A stretch of 64,000 nucleotides of DNA from Eledone cirrhosa (GCA_964016885.1 OZ024742.1:260710001-260774000); one strand, 5' to 3'. Positions 23,281-37,581 are shown, counted from the stretch's first letter. Notes: generated by a model from the letters alone, not told the origin. Made by a program: numbers and translations.

Positions 23281-24249
23281 TCTTGCTAATTTAAAACAAG
23301 TTATATATATATATATATGTGTGTGTGTTGTGAGCATGTGTGTAACTGATAATTAATAATTCACCTGGATATGTGAATAACATTTTACAGTTCAGTATAC
23401 AAACACCTCTCACTTTATCCCCCAGAAAAACCGCGAATCACTGATCGAAACACTATATTTAAGAAGTGTGGACAATGGTGAGCTACGTCGTTGAGGGGAA
23501 CATGGAATAGAAACATAGAGTAAGAATAAATAACATGTATAAGAAATGATAGAGGGAGTTGAATGAATTAGAATATATATATATATATATATATATAATG
23601 AATTTCCGTTTAACTAAAATTGAAGAGAATGAAGAAATGTTAAAATGAAAAGATAAAAGGACACGGAATCTTGCTGGGATCAGGAACGGTGTAGATGGAG
23701 TATAAATGTAAAAGAGAGGTTTTCTATAAAAGATATGTGTAAAATATATAAATGTTACTTACATAACAACGTAGTTATAAGATATAATAACGATAGATGT
23801 ACTGAAGTAGTAACACTTGAAATTGATGAGTACATTAAGCAGAACTTTCAACTACTTCTTACAGGATATCACTATTTTCTTCTCCTTCTTCGGGTTAATG
23901 AACAATCCCTTAAGTTAATTTCAAGAATTAAGTAGTGGTTAATAACACAACAGAAATAAAAGTAAAGAAATAATCTAAAAGGTTTATAGGAAGAGAAAAA
24001 GAAGATATACCGGAAATGCTAAGGAACTTACCTCTAATTACTAGAGAGTACGGCGATAAATGCCGATTACTTGCTGTAGTTGCTGCTTACTTCAATGTAT
24101 GAGGCTATTCCAACAAATTTACATTCCCCTTTTTTTAGCCGTTAAAAGAAATATAGATTTATTTATTGTTTTTTTTTTTGCGATTTATTTGCCACTGGGG
24201 CATAGATTTCTTTATTTGCCCCTTTTTTGTTTGTTTTTTGCGATTTATT

Positions 24250-24600
24250 AGCCTTTTGGGATCACACACACACCCGTAGAAAGTATGCGACCTTTCTGCC
24301 AGGGAGCACAGAGAGAGGGGGGTGCTCCCTTCTCTTACCTGTACAAGCTGATATAGAGAGATGGCCCACTTACACGGGCCATTATTGCTACTTTCATGGA
24401 ATTGGCTGGGACTGAGTGCCTTTTTCTCCACCTTGATCCTTCTTTCGAAGTGGTATCGGAAGAAGAGGACCATTTGTTGGCCGGCGACATATCCCCACAG
24501 TTTCCTCGTTGCAAACGCATCTAGGACATTTCTTTTCCAAGGAGTTTCCATCCCGGAATCCGTGCCTGTAGAGCCTTTCCCGAACGGGCAGGGCCCCTCG
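24250..24600 (-). mobile_element. Possible Tx1/L1-clade ORF2 3' fragment
   Basis: FFRYHFERRIKVEKKALS resembles a Tx1-like C-terminus as recalled; A-rich tail follows on minus strand. Confidence 0.45.
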
Positions 24601-24657
24601 GTATAATAGCAAGTATTAGTGGTTGTAATAAAAATGCAATCAAAATGTAATAAATAC

Positions 24658-24793
24658 CTTCACTGATTTCTTTCCTTATATTATCAACAGAAGTTGGTAT
24701 GTCACCCAAAGTTCGCTTTGTATGTTCCCGAATAGCAGTGAATTTTGATAAAACTGTTTCTAATTCCTTCTCCACAGTAAGACAAATATCCAT
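24658..24793 (-). CDS. RMND5: RMND5/GID2-like E3 ligase first coding exon (isolated)
   Basis: MDICLTVEKELETVLSKF resembles RMND5A N-terminus MDQCVTVERELEKVLHKF; 136 nt ends at phase-1 donor AAG|GTATTT; no further exons recognised in window. Confidence 0.7.
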
Positions 24794-25084
24794 GTGTAGT
24801 TGAAGAGGATAAGTATGAAAGAACAGTCATTTAAATTTACAGATGGACAGATGTGGTGTTTGGCAGGGTTTGAGATATATAGAAAAATAATTATTTACAG
24901 AAAAAGAAAATAATAATAAAGAATTATAATTTTTTTAAAGATTTATATCTTTTTGAACTTTTGGAAGCAAATTTTAAACTGTATATCGCAACAATAAAAA
25001 ACAACGTCCAGATTATCTTGCCGAATATTGTAGATACCAGCTCTTTGGAGCTGATCGGATCGTAGAATTTTCTCAAAAGGCTAC

Positions 25085-25735
25085 CGCCCCGGACTCGTGT
25101 ATTGCTTCTGCACATTCGAACCAACCCGTCTTGACGCGCGAAGATGCCACGTTAAAGATTATTGACGCTTTGACACAATGGGTCGCTTGTTTATGCAGGG
25201 AGAATAGGCCGTATTCCCGGCGGCCTAGGAGTTGTTCGCGTTCTTTTGTAACTCCACGTCACCATACTACTTCGCCCGCCAGCAATCCATTATTTTGCTG
25301 GTATCATGCCACCTTCGCGGATAAGGCAAAACATTGCCGGCCTCCATGTAAATATTCAGCTTCGGGAAATGCAGATCAGAGTCACTAAAGGCGGCAAGTG
25401 AACTCTGCGAGACACAACAGAGCCGCCATTTCTTCATAGAGGACCTCCTGTCTGGAAGAGCCTTCCTCGTAGACACAGGAGCTTCGTGCAGTATTTGGCC
25501 TGTTAATTGTATGACAGTAACTCCTCCCGAGTCGTCGATTGAATTGCAAGCTGTCAACCAGTCACCAATCCGAACTTTTGGACAGATCTCGCTTCCTCTT
25601 CAGTTTCGAAATCTTCGTCGGGATTTCAAATGGGTTTTCACTGTTGCCGACCTGCCATACCTGATTTGGGGCGCGGACTTCCTGCACCATTTTTCTTTGA
25701 CGGTGGACGTCCATCACCAACGCCTAGTCGACCAT
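25085..25735 (+). mobile_element. Gypsy gag C-terminus + aspartic protease fragment
   Basis: CWYHATFADKAKHCRPPC, slippery GGGAAAT at 25364-25370, then FLVDTGASCS...WVFTVADL...GADFLHHF in the -1 frame. Confidence 0.85.
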
Positions 25736-26279
25736 ATTAGTGTTTTTTCTCTTTGTGACAAACAAATATGTATGTATTTCTTTGATGACATCTGTAAACA
25801 CACTTGGAGAATACGTTCATACAATAAATATATGTTCAAAAATACTTTGACTTGATTTTGTTGTTCCAATACAATTAACGTTTAACACAGCCTAAAGCCT
25901 TCTGATACTATTTCTAATTTGGAGTCAAACAAGATAGTAAAATAACCAAAACCACGCATTTTCTATACTGGCTAATATACTATATTGGATGTTCTGGTTC
26001 ATTCACTACAATGGCAATTTTCTATAAATGTATTGATATGTGAAATGAACTTTTAAAAGTACATGTACTTTTTTTTTTTTATTATAATTTACCATATTAA
26101 AATTTTTATTTAATATATATAAAATAATATAATTTAAATTAATATGGCTTAATAATAATTTGTTAAAAAATAATTCTTTTTTTCAGATGATATAAATAAT
26201 TCATTTAGGGATGAGCATAGGAATAAGGACAAGTTATTTTTTAGTATATCATATTGCACTAAACTATTATTATTTTAGC

Positions 26280-28358
26280 ATGGCAGACAGTAAACGACCA
26301 TCTGGTGCTCAGTATCGCAAACGCAAACTTGAAAAAGAAAGGGAATTTGCAAAGCAAAAGGGATCATTTCTAAAATACCTTTGCAAAGGGAGAGAGACTG
26401 AAGGTGATGATGATCAAAATAACTCTATTTCTGTTTCTATTGATGAATTCTATGATGTAAGTATCATACAGCCAGGAAATGAAGATATCTTTGATGAAAG
26501 ACATGAAAATTCAGAGTGTAAGGATGATGGATCAATCGAAAATGAAGTTTTAAATCTAAGTTACAGTGATCCTGCAACCTGGCAAAAAAAAGTGTAATGA
26601 TAATGTTAGAAGGCTACTAGTTCAACATGGACCGGAACAAGTTAAAAATATAAAGTTTCCTAAAGATAAGAATCGGAGAAAATTTTCAAACATTCATTAT
26701 ACTAGAAAGTTAATTAATGGTGAAGAAATTAATCGTAATTGGTTACAATATTCAGTATTACAAGACTGTGTGTTCTGTTTTTGATGTAAATTGTTTAGTA
26801 AAAAAAAATAGCCAGTCTATCAACTCTTGCAGTACATGGATGGATCTGCAGATTGGAAAAATATGTCAGCTATACTATCATCTCATGAAAAATCAACTGA
26901 ACATTTTGAAAACTTTAATAACTGGAAAGAATTGGATTTGCAATTAAACAGAAATGCAACAATTGATGAGGAAAATGCTCGTCTAATAAAACAAGAAGAA
27001 TAATATTAGAGATATATTTTAGAACACAAAGAAAAAATTCAGAACAATAGGGAAGTAATGCAACGTGTAGTTGACATTGTTAAAGTAATTGGAAAACTGG
27101 GTCTTAGCTACCGTGGATCATCTTCTGAATTTGAGTCAGCATATTGGTTAGATAATCCTATTCTTGATCACGGCACCTTAGAACTTGTTTTGCTTCTCAG
27201 TAAGTATGACATCCTCCCAAAAGATCATCTGGAAAAGGTGATCAAACAGAGTAATAAAGCACATGACGCAGGCAGTAAACGTGGTAGTTCTTTGACTCTG
27301 ATTTCAAAGACAACAGTTAATCTTGACATTATGACCATTTCTTCCCTGATTAAAAGTGTTATTGTTGATGAAGTTCGACAAGCTGGCATGGTTTCGGTTC
27401 AACTGGATACAACCCAAGATGTTTCAGTGAAAGACCAATGCTCCATAATTCTTCGATACGTCTTTGAAAATCAGATTTATGAAAGACTAATCGCAGTTGT
27501 GAACACCTCGGATTCCACCGGAAAAGGGATGTGCAAACTGCTGAAAAAGACACTGGAGGAGAATAATATTGGTATTGGGAATTGCCTCTCAAATTCAACT
27601 GATGGAGCGTCAAACATGCAAGGCATATATAATGGTTTTACAGCTTGGTTGACGAAAGAAGCTCCTGGACAGATTCATACATGGTACTACTCACATATAC
27701 TAAATTTGGTCATACATGATGCTACTCAGAATATTCTAGCTTCGTCATCACTATTTTCACTGATGAATCAAGTTGCTGTCTTTTTCCGAGAATCGTACAA
27801 ACGCATTTGAGAGAACATCAGCAAAAATCCCAGAAAGAAGCGTCTTCAGATGATCGTAGAAACAAGGTGGTGGGCTAAACATGCTGCTATTTCCAAAGTA
27901 TTTGGCTGTTTCACAAACGCTAACCCTGATAAGAATCTTTGTGCAGTGTGCGTTTATCAGACTCTGCAGGCTTACAACCTTTTGACTGATGCGTATGGAC
28001 TAATAGGATTAGCTTATAAATTGATGCTGACTCTATCAACGACGCAAGTTGCCTGTGAATGTTCCTTCTCAACTTTGAAGTTTGTGAAGAACCGTCTAAC
28101 TGAAAAGCATTTGGATGCTCTCATGCTCATGTGTGTAGAAAAAAATGTGCTTAGTCAGGTGGACTGCCAGGATGTTATTGACAAAGTCGCTGAAAACAGT
28201 GACCTACTTAAGAAAAACTTGACTTTTTAACTGCTTTGTGTAAATTGTTTTCTTTTAAAAAACATTCTTTTTAAAAAAAAAACATTTATTTAATTTTGTT
28301 TATAGGGCCGGTTGCTTCGGATTTGCCAGGGCCGATTTTAAGTCACAATCCGCCCTTG
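26280..28358 (+). mobile_element. hAT transposon (ZMYM1/DUF4371-like transposase), degenerate with internal deletion
   Basis: SGAQYRKRK, RNWLQYS...VFCF, GLSYRG, VQLDTTQDVSVKDQCSIILRYV, STDGASNMQG, ETRW, CECSFSTLKFVKNRL; right TIR-like AATCCGCCCTTG. Confidence 0.88.
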
Positions 28359-28379
28359 TACAGGCGCATGAATTAGTGG

Positions 28380-29040
28380 AGTGTAGCCTGTTTTGACACA
28401 CTGCTTAGTCTTGGTTAGAGCCATTGTTGACAGGCTGCCTCAATTGGCAACAGTGTTAGGGAGATAAGGTGTGTGGAGCGAAATAGAACAGTCGTTCCCA
28501 ATCACTGGGTCGATCGAAATCCAGGGCTTTCCCAATTGAAGATGCAAGGGCGTTGGCCACCAGTACCCGGGCTGCTTTCAGGATCTTAAGAGTGATCTTC
28601 CAAAGCTGCCTGAGCCAAGCGATGTTGACCATGAGATTTGAGCATTGGGCAGGCATGCTATCTTGTCTGAGGGTGTGATGGATGGTTACAGCTGCACAAC
28701 CAAAGCAAAGATGCAGCTGCTATATCTCCACATTGAGAGTGCATTCAAGGCTCATTGTGTCAAGCCGACACGTGATCTGACAGAAACAGCCATACCCTGA
28801 TTGGTTCTGGTCTCTCTTCTGCCTGTTGATGGTGGCACATCTGCTGCAGAAATGGGGGTGGGTTGGGCAATCGAGGACCGAAGCACTGTTTGGTAACATG
28901 GGTGTTGTCATTTTTTGGTGGTGAGGCACTGATTAACACCTTGTAAATGGGTGGAGGATTCTGTCCGCCGGGACCATGAAGCAGACTAATCTTTAAACAG
29001 TGAGTAGTAAATAAAGATCTCACTCACACACCCACCGAGT
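28380..29040 (-). mobile_element. CRE-clade ORF N-terminal fragment
   Basis: LKILKAARVLVANALASSI...DWERLFYFA parallels DWTKLFSF at 4920-4990; GC-rich relative to flanks. Confidence 0.55.
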
Positions 29041-29284
29041 AAACATGTATAAAGTTATATAAGTTGAAAATAAGTAAATAACAATCTTTTCATCCCGTTT
29101 GTCTTGTTCAGTATAAATTGATCCCTTAAACCTGTCATAAAAGACTTTCTAGCTCATCTTATTTTCCAATAAAGTATACCAAGTTTTCTAATGTGTCCTT
29201 TCTTGTAACAATCATTGATAATCTAGCTCATCTTTCATTAAAAATACAACCACCTCATTTTCCTTTCTATTATTACCAGTCTAT

Positions 29285-29505
29285 CTTATTTTCCCTAGGT
29301 TTTTCTGTGTGTTTTTAACGAATCTGATCTCCAAATCCATCAGAAAGTAGCGATGAAATAGGAGGTATAAGATCCTTTGTAATACATACGTGTGTTTGCG
29401 AGTGACTTGGTGGTCAGATTAGTTGAAAGCACACAAAAAACCTAGGAAAAGAAATAATTTTTCACTGAACTCTAGCGGGTGCTTTTCAATAAGTTTACCA
29501 AACCA
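29285..29505. mobile_element. Partial foldback element related to 5045-5815
   Basis: CCTAGGTTTTTCTGTGTG...AATCTGA versus TCAGATT...CACACAAAAAACCTAGG; terminus resembles GTAAATTTATAGAAAAGCACC at 19593. Confidence 0.6.
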
Positions 29506-29574
29506 TTTATGAGGCCTGCAAAGTCAAACTTTAGCAGGGAAAATGGCCTTAAAGTACTTGTAGGTCTAAATCTG

Positions 29575-30770
29575 GTTCTGCTGTCCATGTTGGCATGTAT
29601 TAGTCAGGTTGTTACAGTCTGATGCCAGAATTGTCAGAGAACTCAAGTTTGCTCATTACATTCCATATTTGACATGGTTTTTATGGATGGATGTGATTTT
29701 CATGATACCACTGCTACTAATTTACAGGGTGGCCTGGGTGCATTTTATTGTGGCACCAGCACAAAAGAGGTTGTCACATCCAAGGCCAAACTGGAGTCCA
29801 CTCAATTCCTATATTGTTTCCATTCGATTTTGATTGCTAAAAACTGAAGCCTGCAGTCTGTTACTATATTTACTTTTAGTTTCACAAGCTTGTACTTGTG
29901 GACAGATTTTACATTACGGTATATTGCCAGTTAACTCGGTCATGTGTCATCTACTGTCTGAGGTTCAGTTTCTTGAGATTATTCTCCACAACTTCATCCT
30001 GTGTCTTCCTTGGGTTTCCTGTTCCACAGGTTTCATCCACCTCAAAAACTTGGCACTTTTTTTATACAACTCTCACTCTCCTTACAATTCACATGCCCAT
30101 AGCAGCACAATTGTCTCTCTTGCATGCTACATTCAATTCCACTTACACTCAGCTTTCCTCTCAGTTCACTTGTGACCTGTCTTTCATGTACACAAGCATT
30201 ACACATTCAAATCTGCATGCAAAGTCCCCATTTCACTGCCATGCAGCATTGCAGTTTAAACACATGCATCATATAAAATGCCCTTTATTACCAGCAGAAG
30301 TAACATTTCCTTGAATTTCTTCCATGCTGTTATCACTTTGGCTGTATCACCCAAATAGAAAAAAGCTTTTTATCATTTCCAGTGAACTTTCTGCATATAT
30401 GAGACTTTATTTCTTGAGTACCCTTACAGTTAACTACTCCTGTCTATCTGCACATACAAAGTCTACCTTCCCTGTCAGCCTACTTGTTGTGATCCCATTA
30501 CATCACATGTGTCCAGTCTACACTGGGAGCAATGTATGGAATTTCTACCTATTCCTTTTCTACACATTGAGCAGGGTTTTATCCTTTTTCTTAATTACTA
30601 AAACTTTGGTCTTAGTTTACTTTGATTTCAGATTTTGCTTCTGTCTCTGGAACTTCTCTAGTTCTATCATTTTGGCTTTAGGGCCTAGATCATCAGTATA
30701 TAGGAACTCCTATGAATAACCAGTTTTGAATTTCTCACTTACAGCTAGGAGATAGGAGGAAGTTGATGAT
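29575..30770 (-). mobile_element. Decayed RTE LINE (RT to 3' end)
   Basis: Minus-strand EFLYTDDL near 30690-30710; RTE-type 3' sequence shared with SINE tails. Confidence 0.55.
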
Positions 30771-31394
30771 TGAACCTTTGTGGACTATTTTGTTTGTAGT
30801 GTCCTTTCCCACTTCTTACATGTGCCCTGGGTTTGATAGTATCAGTATCAGTTATTTTACATGAAAATACCAGATCAAGAATAAGAGGCCACCACCTGTA
30901 ACAAAAATGTTGTAAGAAGTGAAGGGACCTACCTCTGTATCTCCACTCATGTCCAAACTGAATCGCCCTACATGATCTCACCTGTTTCGTGTCTAGCCAG
31001 AGAGAATGTAGCAAACCTCATACTCTCATTGGCATAAGTCATAACAAGCATCCACATTCTCCTGTAACACAAACCAAGAAAGAGACATGGCCCACACTTC
31101 AACTTCTTTGTTAGCAGGGATAGTGACAGTAACATGCATATTTAGGTTGTATGGGAACCTTGTTAGTGAAGTAGCATAGACAACACAAAACAACTTGATC
31201 ATTAAACACAAGTTTTTACTTTTAGAGAAAGGGTTACAAATAAAATTTGGCAAGCAATAATTTGCATAATAAAAATGAAATTGGTGCTGACAATAATATC
31301 TATTAGATACACAATTTTCACAACAAATGAAAACACATTTCATTAAAAGAAACAAAAAACAAAGTAAGTATTATTTACTATCCAATTTATATCA

Positions 31395-32015
<621 letters not shown>

Positions 32016-32739
32016 CTGAACAATTGAATGTTTTGTTATTAAAATTACGTCAAACAACAGAATATGAAGTCTATACATTTACACATTACCGATGCCCTCC
32101 CCCACCTCACCAGTCAATCAAATCATAACTTGGTTCCCAAGAGATAGATTTAAACGAAATTAAATCAAACTTTTATTTCACATTTGCTATCAAACCGGTT
32201 AAAGCTTGAGCATAAATAATAATGTGTGCATATATATATAGAGAGAAAGAGACCATTGGCCAGTGATCAATAGAGAGACAATCCATGAAGTAGGTGACAG
32301 GCTGATGAAATATAGAAAAGATTGAAAGTGGAGGAGGACAAGGAGAAGTGCACTGGTGCATAGCAGTAACTGAAAGAAGGAAATAAAGAAAGGCAATATA
32401 CAAGACTTTGTTTGCATACATACATCTTCACCCTCATCAGCTCTCAAACCAGCAAAATGGTTTTGCACAATTTAATTGAGTGTACCATTTTAAAATGATG
32501 GATCGTGCAATGGCTGTTCTAGCAATGACTTTTCTCATTTTTATATGTATTCAAATTCACTCTCACTTTGACTTGACCAGAGACGACATTGTTTTAACTT
32601 TATCATAGCTATGATTAGCTTTCTATTTAGGACAGACACCACAGCTTGAGGTCCGCTATCCCATTATTTTCTTTCGTATTTCTATTTGTGCTATTTGTTT
32701 TATCAGACACACATCATACCAGCAGAAAGATTTATTTTT

Positions 32740-33430
32740 CTATTACACGATCCGGCATTTTAAAATGGTACTCTCAATTAAATTGTGCAAAACCATTTTT
32801 GATATGTGGTCAACGCACAGGAGCAGTAAGCAGCAAGAAGAGCTCACAGGAGACAAGCTCTATTAAATGCTCAGAGAGCTCTGTAGAATTAGTTGATTTC
32901 TTCTGTTACATGGGTCACCAAATTAGCAGTGGGGGTGGGTGTTCTGAAAGTACAGTAGCCAGAGTAAGAATGAAATGAAAAAGTTCAGGGAGCTACTAAT
33001 GCTGCTAACTACAAAGGGTTTTTTCCCTCAAAAAGAAAGGCAGATTGTATGATGCTTGTGTACGAACAGCAATGCTCCGTGGAAATGAGACCTGGGCACT
33101 GTTGCAAAGGACTTACGAAGATTGGAAAGAAATTAGCTTGGATGCTCCAATGGATGTGTAATAGTAGTGTGCATGAACAGCAAAACATCAATAAAATGAA
33201 CGAGAAACCGGAGTATACAGTGGTATGAACATGTGATGTGCATGGAGAATGAGAGCTGTCTAAAAAGGAGCTGGGCAAGCAAAGTTGATGGAAGAGGAAA
33301 ACCTAGGAAAGCTTGGAATGAAGTGATAAAAGCTGACCTTGCACAATTAAACCTCTTACAGGATCGAGATCTCTGATATTATGCTTTACAGCAGATGATC
33401 CCTCTTCCCATGTGCACAGGATGAAATAAA
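32740..33430 (+). mobile_element. RTE LINE 3' fragment
   Basis: VDFFCYMGHQISSGGGCSESTVARVR...KGRLYDACVRTAML.GNETW. Confidence 0.8.
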
Positions 33431-33959
33431 CATGTAGAGGACACTAGCCTGCACCAATTGCCTCCCTACTCTGTCCTCAATATCCCACTCACCTCATCCA
33501 TTTCCAATTTGCAAATTCCCTTCCCTCCCCAACTTCCACACTCCTGATGTACCTCTCCTGTCTTGTCCAACCCATACATACAAGCATGGAAAGTTGGACA
33601 TGTTACAAATGTGCTCCCCCTCCCATAATGCTGCAGCCATGTCAAAAAAGCACTTTTTCATCCCTATATGGTGATCTGGTGCCACAACAAAAGCTCCCAG
33701 TCTATTCATGGTACCAAAAACATAAATTTGAGGCCCCTGGCCACTAACTTGCCACTATATATGATATGGTATGTGTCATTTATGAACAACACTAGAATTT
33801 ACAGTAAATCTTGGAAAAATGGATAAAGGAACTTCTGATTGTATGTACTTTTGATAGATTTTGTAACTTGTGCATTGCAGAAATTGTCTGAAATATATTT
33901 ACCTTCTCTTTCTTCCGTTCCTCTCTTCCTCTATGATCTGAAAATTACAATGTTTCTCA

Positions 33960-34194
33960 ACACTTTAATTACTATATTTCTAATGAAAGACTGCCTATAG
34001 TTTTCAAATAATTTTGAGTATAATCAAGAATTTGGAGTGATATAGTAATAATGAACTTACTCATTCAGAACATAGAGGTTCTTACATAGAATTATGGCGG
34101 AAGGTTTTTTAGACAAATATAAAAACTTTAAAATAAACATCTTTGGACCATAGAAACTGGTTGGTTTCAGGCAGTTTGGTATCAAAAGGGTTAA
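33960..34194. mobile_element. piggyBac-like MITE fragment
   Basis: Ends TTTGGTATCAAAAGGG-TTAA; related AT-rich units at 53196-53790 and 59760-60110 (ends GAGAAGGG-TTAA). Confidence 0.55.
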
Positions 34195-34419
34195 CATCAT
34201 AAAAAAAGGGGGAATCAAAGAATTTTACATCATACTAATGAAATTCAAAAAGGTAAAAAATTATGATTGATATTGAAATATTTTTCATTATATTTGTCAC
34301 TAAAAATAACATAAAATAAATATTGGTTCATCAATTTCATTGCCAATGTTTGTAATGTTATTTGACATAAAATAGTGAACAGGCAGCAGTTTGTATTCTA
34401 CAAAATTCTTTTATTTATT

Positions 34420-34775
34420 GTAGTTAGATATGGATGAGCAATGTTTGTGTGCATGAATGAAAAAGTATGAATGAACTGAGAGAAAAACTGGGCATAAGAG
34501 AAATCAGTTGCAATGTGCAAGAGATAAGACTTGCTGGTATAGCTATAGGATGTGTATGGATGATGATCATTGAGTGAAGAAATGCTAGAAGTTTCTCGTG
34601 AAAGGAAGCATAGAAAAAAGCAAAACTGAGATAAACCTGGGCAAAAGTGGTGGAAGCTGATCTTGGGATGCTGAACCTCACAAAGGAATGCAACAAATCG
34701 AGGCACAGTGTGCTGAAGAAGATCCATTCAACACATGCAAGTATAGAAAAACAGACCTAAACAAATGATGATGAA
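34420..34775 (+). mobile_element. RTE LINE 3' end with (ATG)n tail
   Basis: LREKLGIR...QEIRLAGIA-type C-terminus, ends ATGATGATG. Confidence 0.7.
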
Positions 34776-35689
34776 TGTCTTTAACTTCAGTTAACAGTGT
34801 TGTATGGTTCGTCTAACTGTCTACCAAATAGTTTATATTAGAAACATACAAATGGTTTTCTTTCATCAAGACAGCTTATAAAAAATCACACTGAGTAATT
34901 AATAATGAAAAAAAAACAAAAAAAACACTAGAAATTCCTATGAACTGTAAAACAAGGTGATTAAATATTAAACAGTGCCTCTGTGGCCAAGATCATGAAA
35001 GAATTGTTGAAGACACTTTCTGCATCAACAATTCCAGGTAAGATGCCTTCCTCCCAATTTTGTGGAGGAAAATGGCAGCCTGGGGACAGAATACACTGGA
35101 GATTTCAATGGACACCAGCACAGAAATGAAACAATCAGATAAAGCTTTGTATGTTGTATCAAAGAATATTTAAATAGTGATAAAATTGAGAAATGACACC
35201 AACATTATGTAAACTCAAGTTTTCCTAGTTTTAAAAATTCTTTTTTTTATCACCTAGAGAAATTTATATATACATAGTAGACTTTCTGTTGTTATGTCAA
35301 TGATATATATGTTATGCATATATAGTTATATAATGTCAGCCTAAGGACACAGCATGATCAAATAGTTAAGAGGTTTGTTTCATAATCATTAGGCCCCAAG
35401 TTCAATCCCACTGTATGGTTAACCCATGCCTTGTGAGTGAAACTGGATAGATGGAAACTGTTTGGAAGCCTGTCAAATGGACTGTACTTCTAATTCAAAG
35501 GGCCAGCTTAACATATCAATTACATGAGCAGTCTGATAGAGCAACTAGAACTCATCACCAAACCATCGAATGCCAGGAATATAAGTTTTGGCAAAGACTG
35601 TGGTACCTGCACTTGATGTACTTTAACATCTCTTTAAATCTCCTTGTGATTTACAAATTTTGTGGCAGTTGAGGCATTGATTAGGCAAG

Positions 35690-36470
35690 TAGCTGCTATA
35701 GTCAATATGAAACTGATTGTTGTGTACTCAGATAGTTGGGACACCTGGTGTGCATGATGACAAACGTACTCCAAAACAGTTATCTTATGGTGAATTTGTT
35801 CAGCGGAAATGAAAGCAATGCAAACCCAGGAAAAGGTTTAAGGATGCACTGAAGGAAAGTTTGGAAAACACTTGCAAGATGAAGTTTTGGCAGCAGATTA
35901 TAATAATTGGTGCTCAAAATTATGGGATGATATGACAAGTTCTGAGGAAATCAATAAAACATGCCAATCTAAAATGTAAAATCAAGAAAAACCAGATGGT
36001 TACAGAACATGAGCATGGTGCTGTTTCATCTTGTGAAATTTCTGGGAAAATATGCCTATCTCTTACCAGCCTTAAATCCCACACAAGAAGAAACCTTCAC
36101 ACTATGCTCAAGATTAAAGATTGAATTGAAGGGGTACCAGCAGCAGCTAGAACATCAGTGTCTGCAGTGAAGGAAGTCCATGAGATTTTCAGGATTCAGT
36201 GCAAACAATTTTAATGAAATCTTTCAAGTAGCTTTATATGGCGTTTATAGCATGTCCAAGTCTCAAGCACAAAGATTTGTATACACAAATTTTTGACTTG
36301 GCTTTAATATGCCTTTGTGACTACACACAAGATACACAGCCTTTTGAATTCTCAAGGGTATTTCTGTGTCCAAAGAACTGATTTTATTGACAGAGCTACC
36401 AAGACGTTTTCCTTTGATATATATTTTCAGCCGCTGAACATTTTGACCATGTGCACGTTGACACATGACC
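35690..36470. mobile_element. RTE/BovB-like fragments in opposite orientations
   Basis: + strand KRTPKQLSYGE...KPRKRFKDALKESL (35750-35870); - strand LGSSVNKISSLDTEIPLRIQKA (36263-36472). Confidence 0.6.
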
Positions 36471-36744
36471 ACTCAAATATATAATATATATATATATACA
36501 CTTTCTCTTGTTACGTCACTGACATTAACTTTTTATAATAGCTTTTAACAAATATAATTTCTCTATTTTTTCCCAAACATTTTGTTTTAGTATATTTTTC
36601 ATCTTATTTTATATATTTTTGTCATCATCAAAAACAATGTTTCCATGACAGCTGCTATACAGTAATGTTGACATGGTAATTGCTGTAGAGTGGTGCTGTC
36701 ATGAAAACTGCTGTACTGTGTAGATAGGACATGCACACACACAC

Positions 36745-37360
36745 ATCATTATCATTTTATGACTTTTTCTATGCTGGCATGGGTTGGAGGGGTTGTCACA
36801 TTCTGAGGATAGGTCAAATGACCATGTCTTACTCATACATTCAAATTTGGCATGTTTTCTACAGCTGGATACCCCTTCTAATGCCAACCACTTTACAGCA
36901 TGTACTAGATGCATTTTATTATAGCATCAGCACTACCACTTTCCAGAGTGCATTTTAGCCAAGTGCTATCACTATCTTTTTATAGAGTATACTGAATGCA
37001 TTTTATTGTGACACCAACACTACCACTTTACCATGTGGGTTGGGTGGGTTTTATTGTCACCAGCTTACCTCTTTATAGGATGTAGTAGGAATAATTTATC
37101 ACAGCTCCAGCACTTTTACTTTACAGAGTGTACTGGGTGCATTTTATCATGTCACCAGCACTATGACTTTATAGAGTTGGGTGGGTAAGTTTTATTGTGG
37201 GCCAGCGCTACCATCTTACAGTGTACTGAGGACATTTTTTCATGGCACCATCTCTACTCCTTATAGGATGGGCTGTGTTCATTCTATCATGATATCAGAG
37301 TGTATTGGATGATTTTATCATAGTACGAAATCTACCCACTTTACTGACTGTATTGGGACG
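36745..37360 (-). repeat. RTE-tailed SINE tail with expanded ~45-50-bp minisatellite
   Basis: About 9-10 diverged units like ACTGGGTGCATTTTATCATGTCACCAGCACTATGACTTTATAGAGT. Confidence 0.7.
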
Positions 37361-37581
37361 ACTATTTCTCAGTTATTTACCTACAATGTCAAATAAAATG
37401 ATTGTATCTTTTATGACATAGAATATCAGAGTTCTGAAAGAGACAATTTATTACAAACATTATTGTGATAGGTTATTTATTTGTTATTGTTTTTTGTCAG
37501 TTATTCAATGACAGTGAGATGGGTATGGCTAATGTTAAACTTCAAGATCTATGAGGGAAAATGTGGGCTGAGAGAGCTAGG

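Noticed and set aside
34975-35160. GC-richer island with CAG|GTAAGA, possible host exon
   Set aside because: No translation I can recognise in any frame
35690-36470. Second twin-priming event in RTE fragments
   Set aside because: Inverted piece lies 3' of the forward piece, the wrong order for twin priming; no TSD seen
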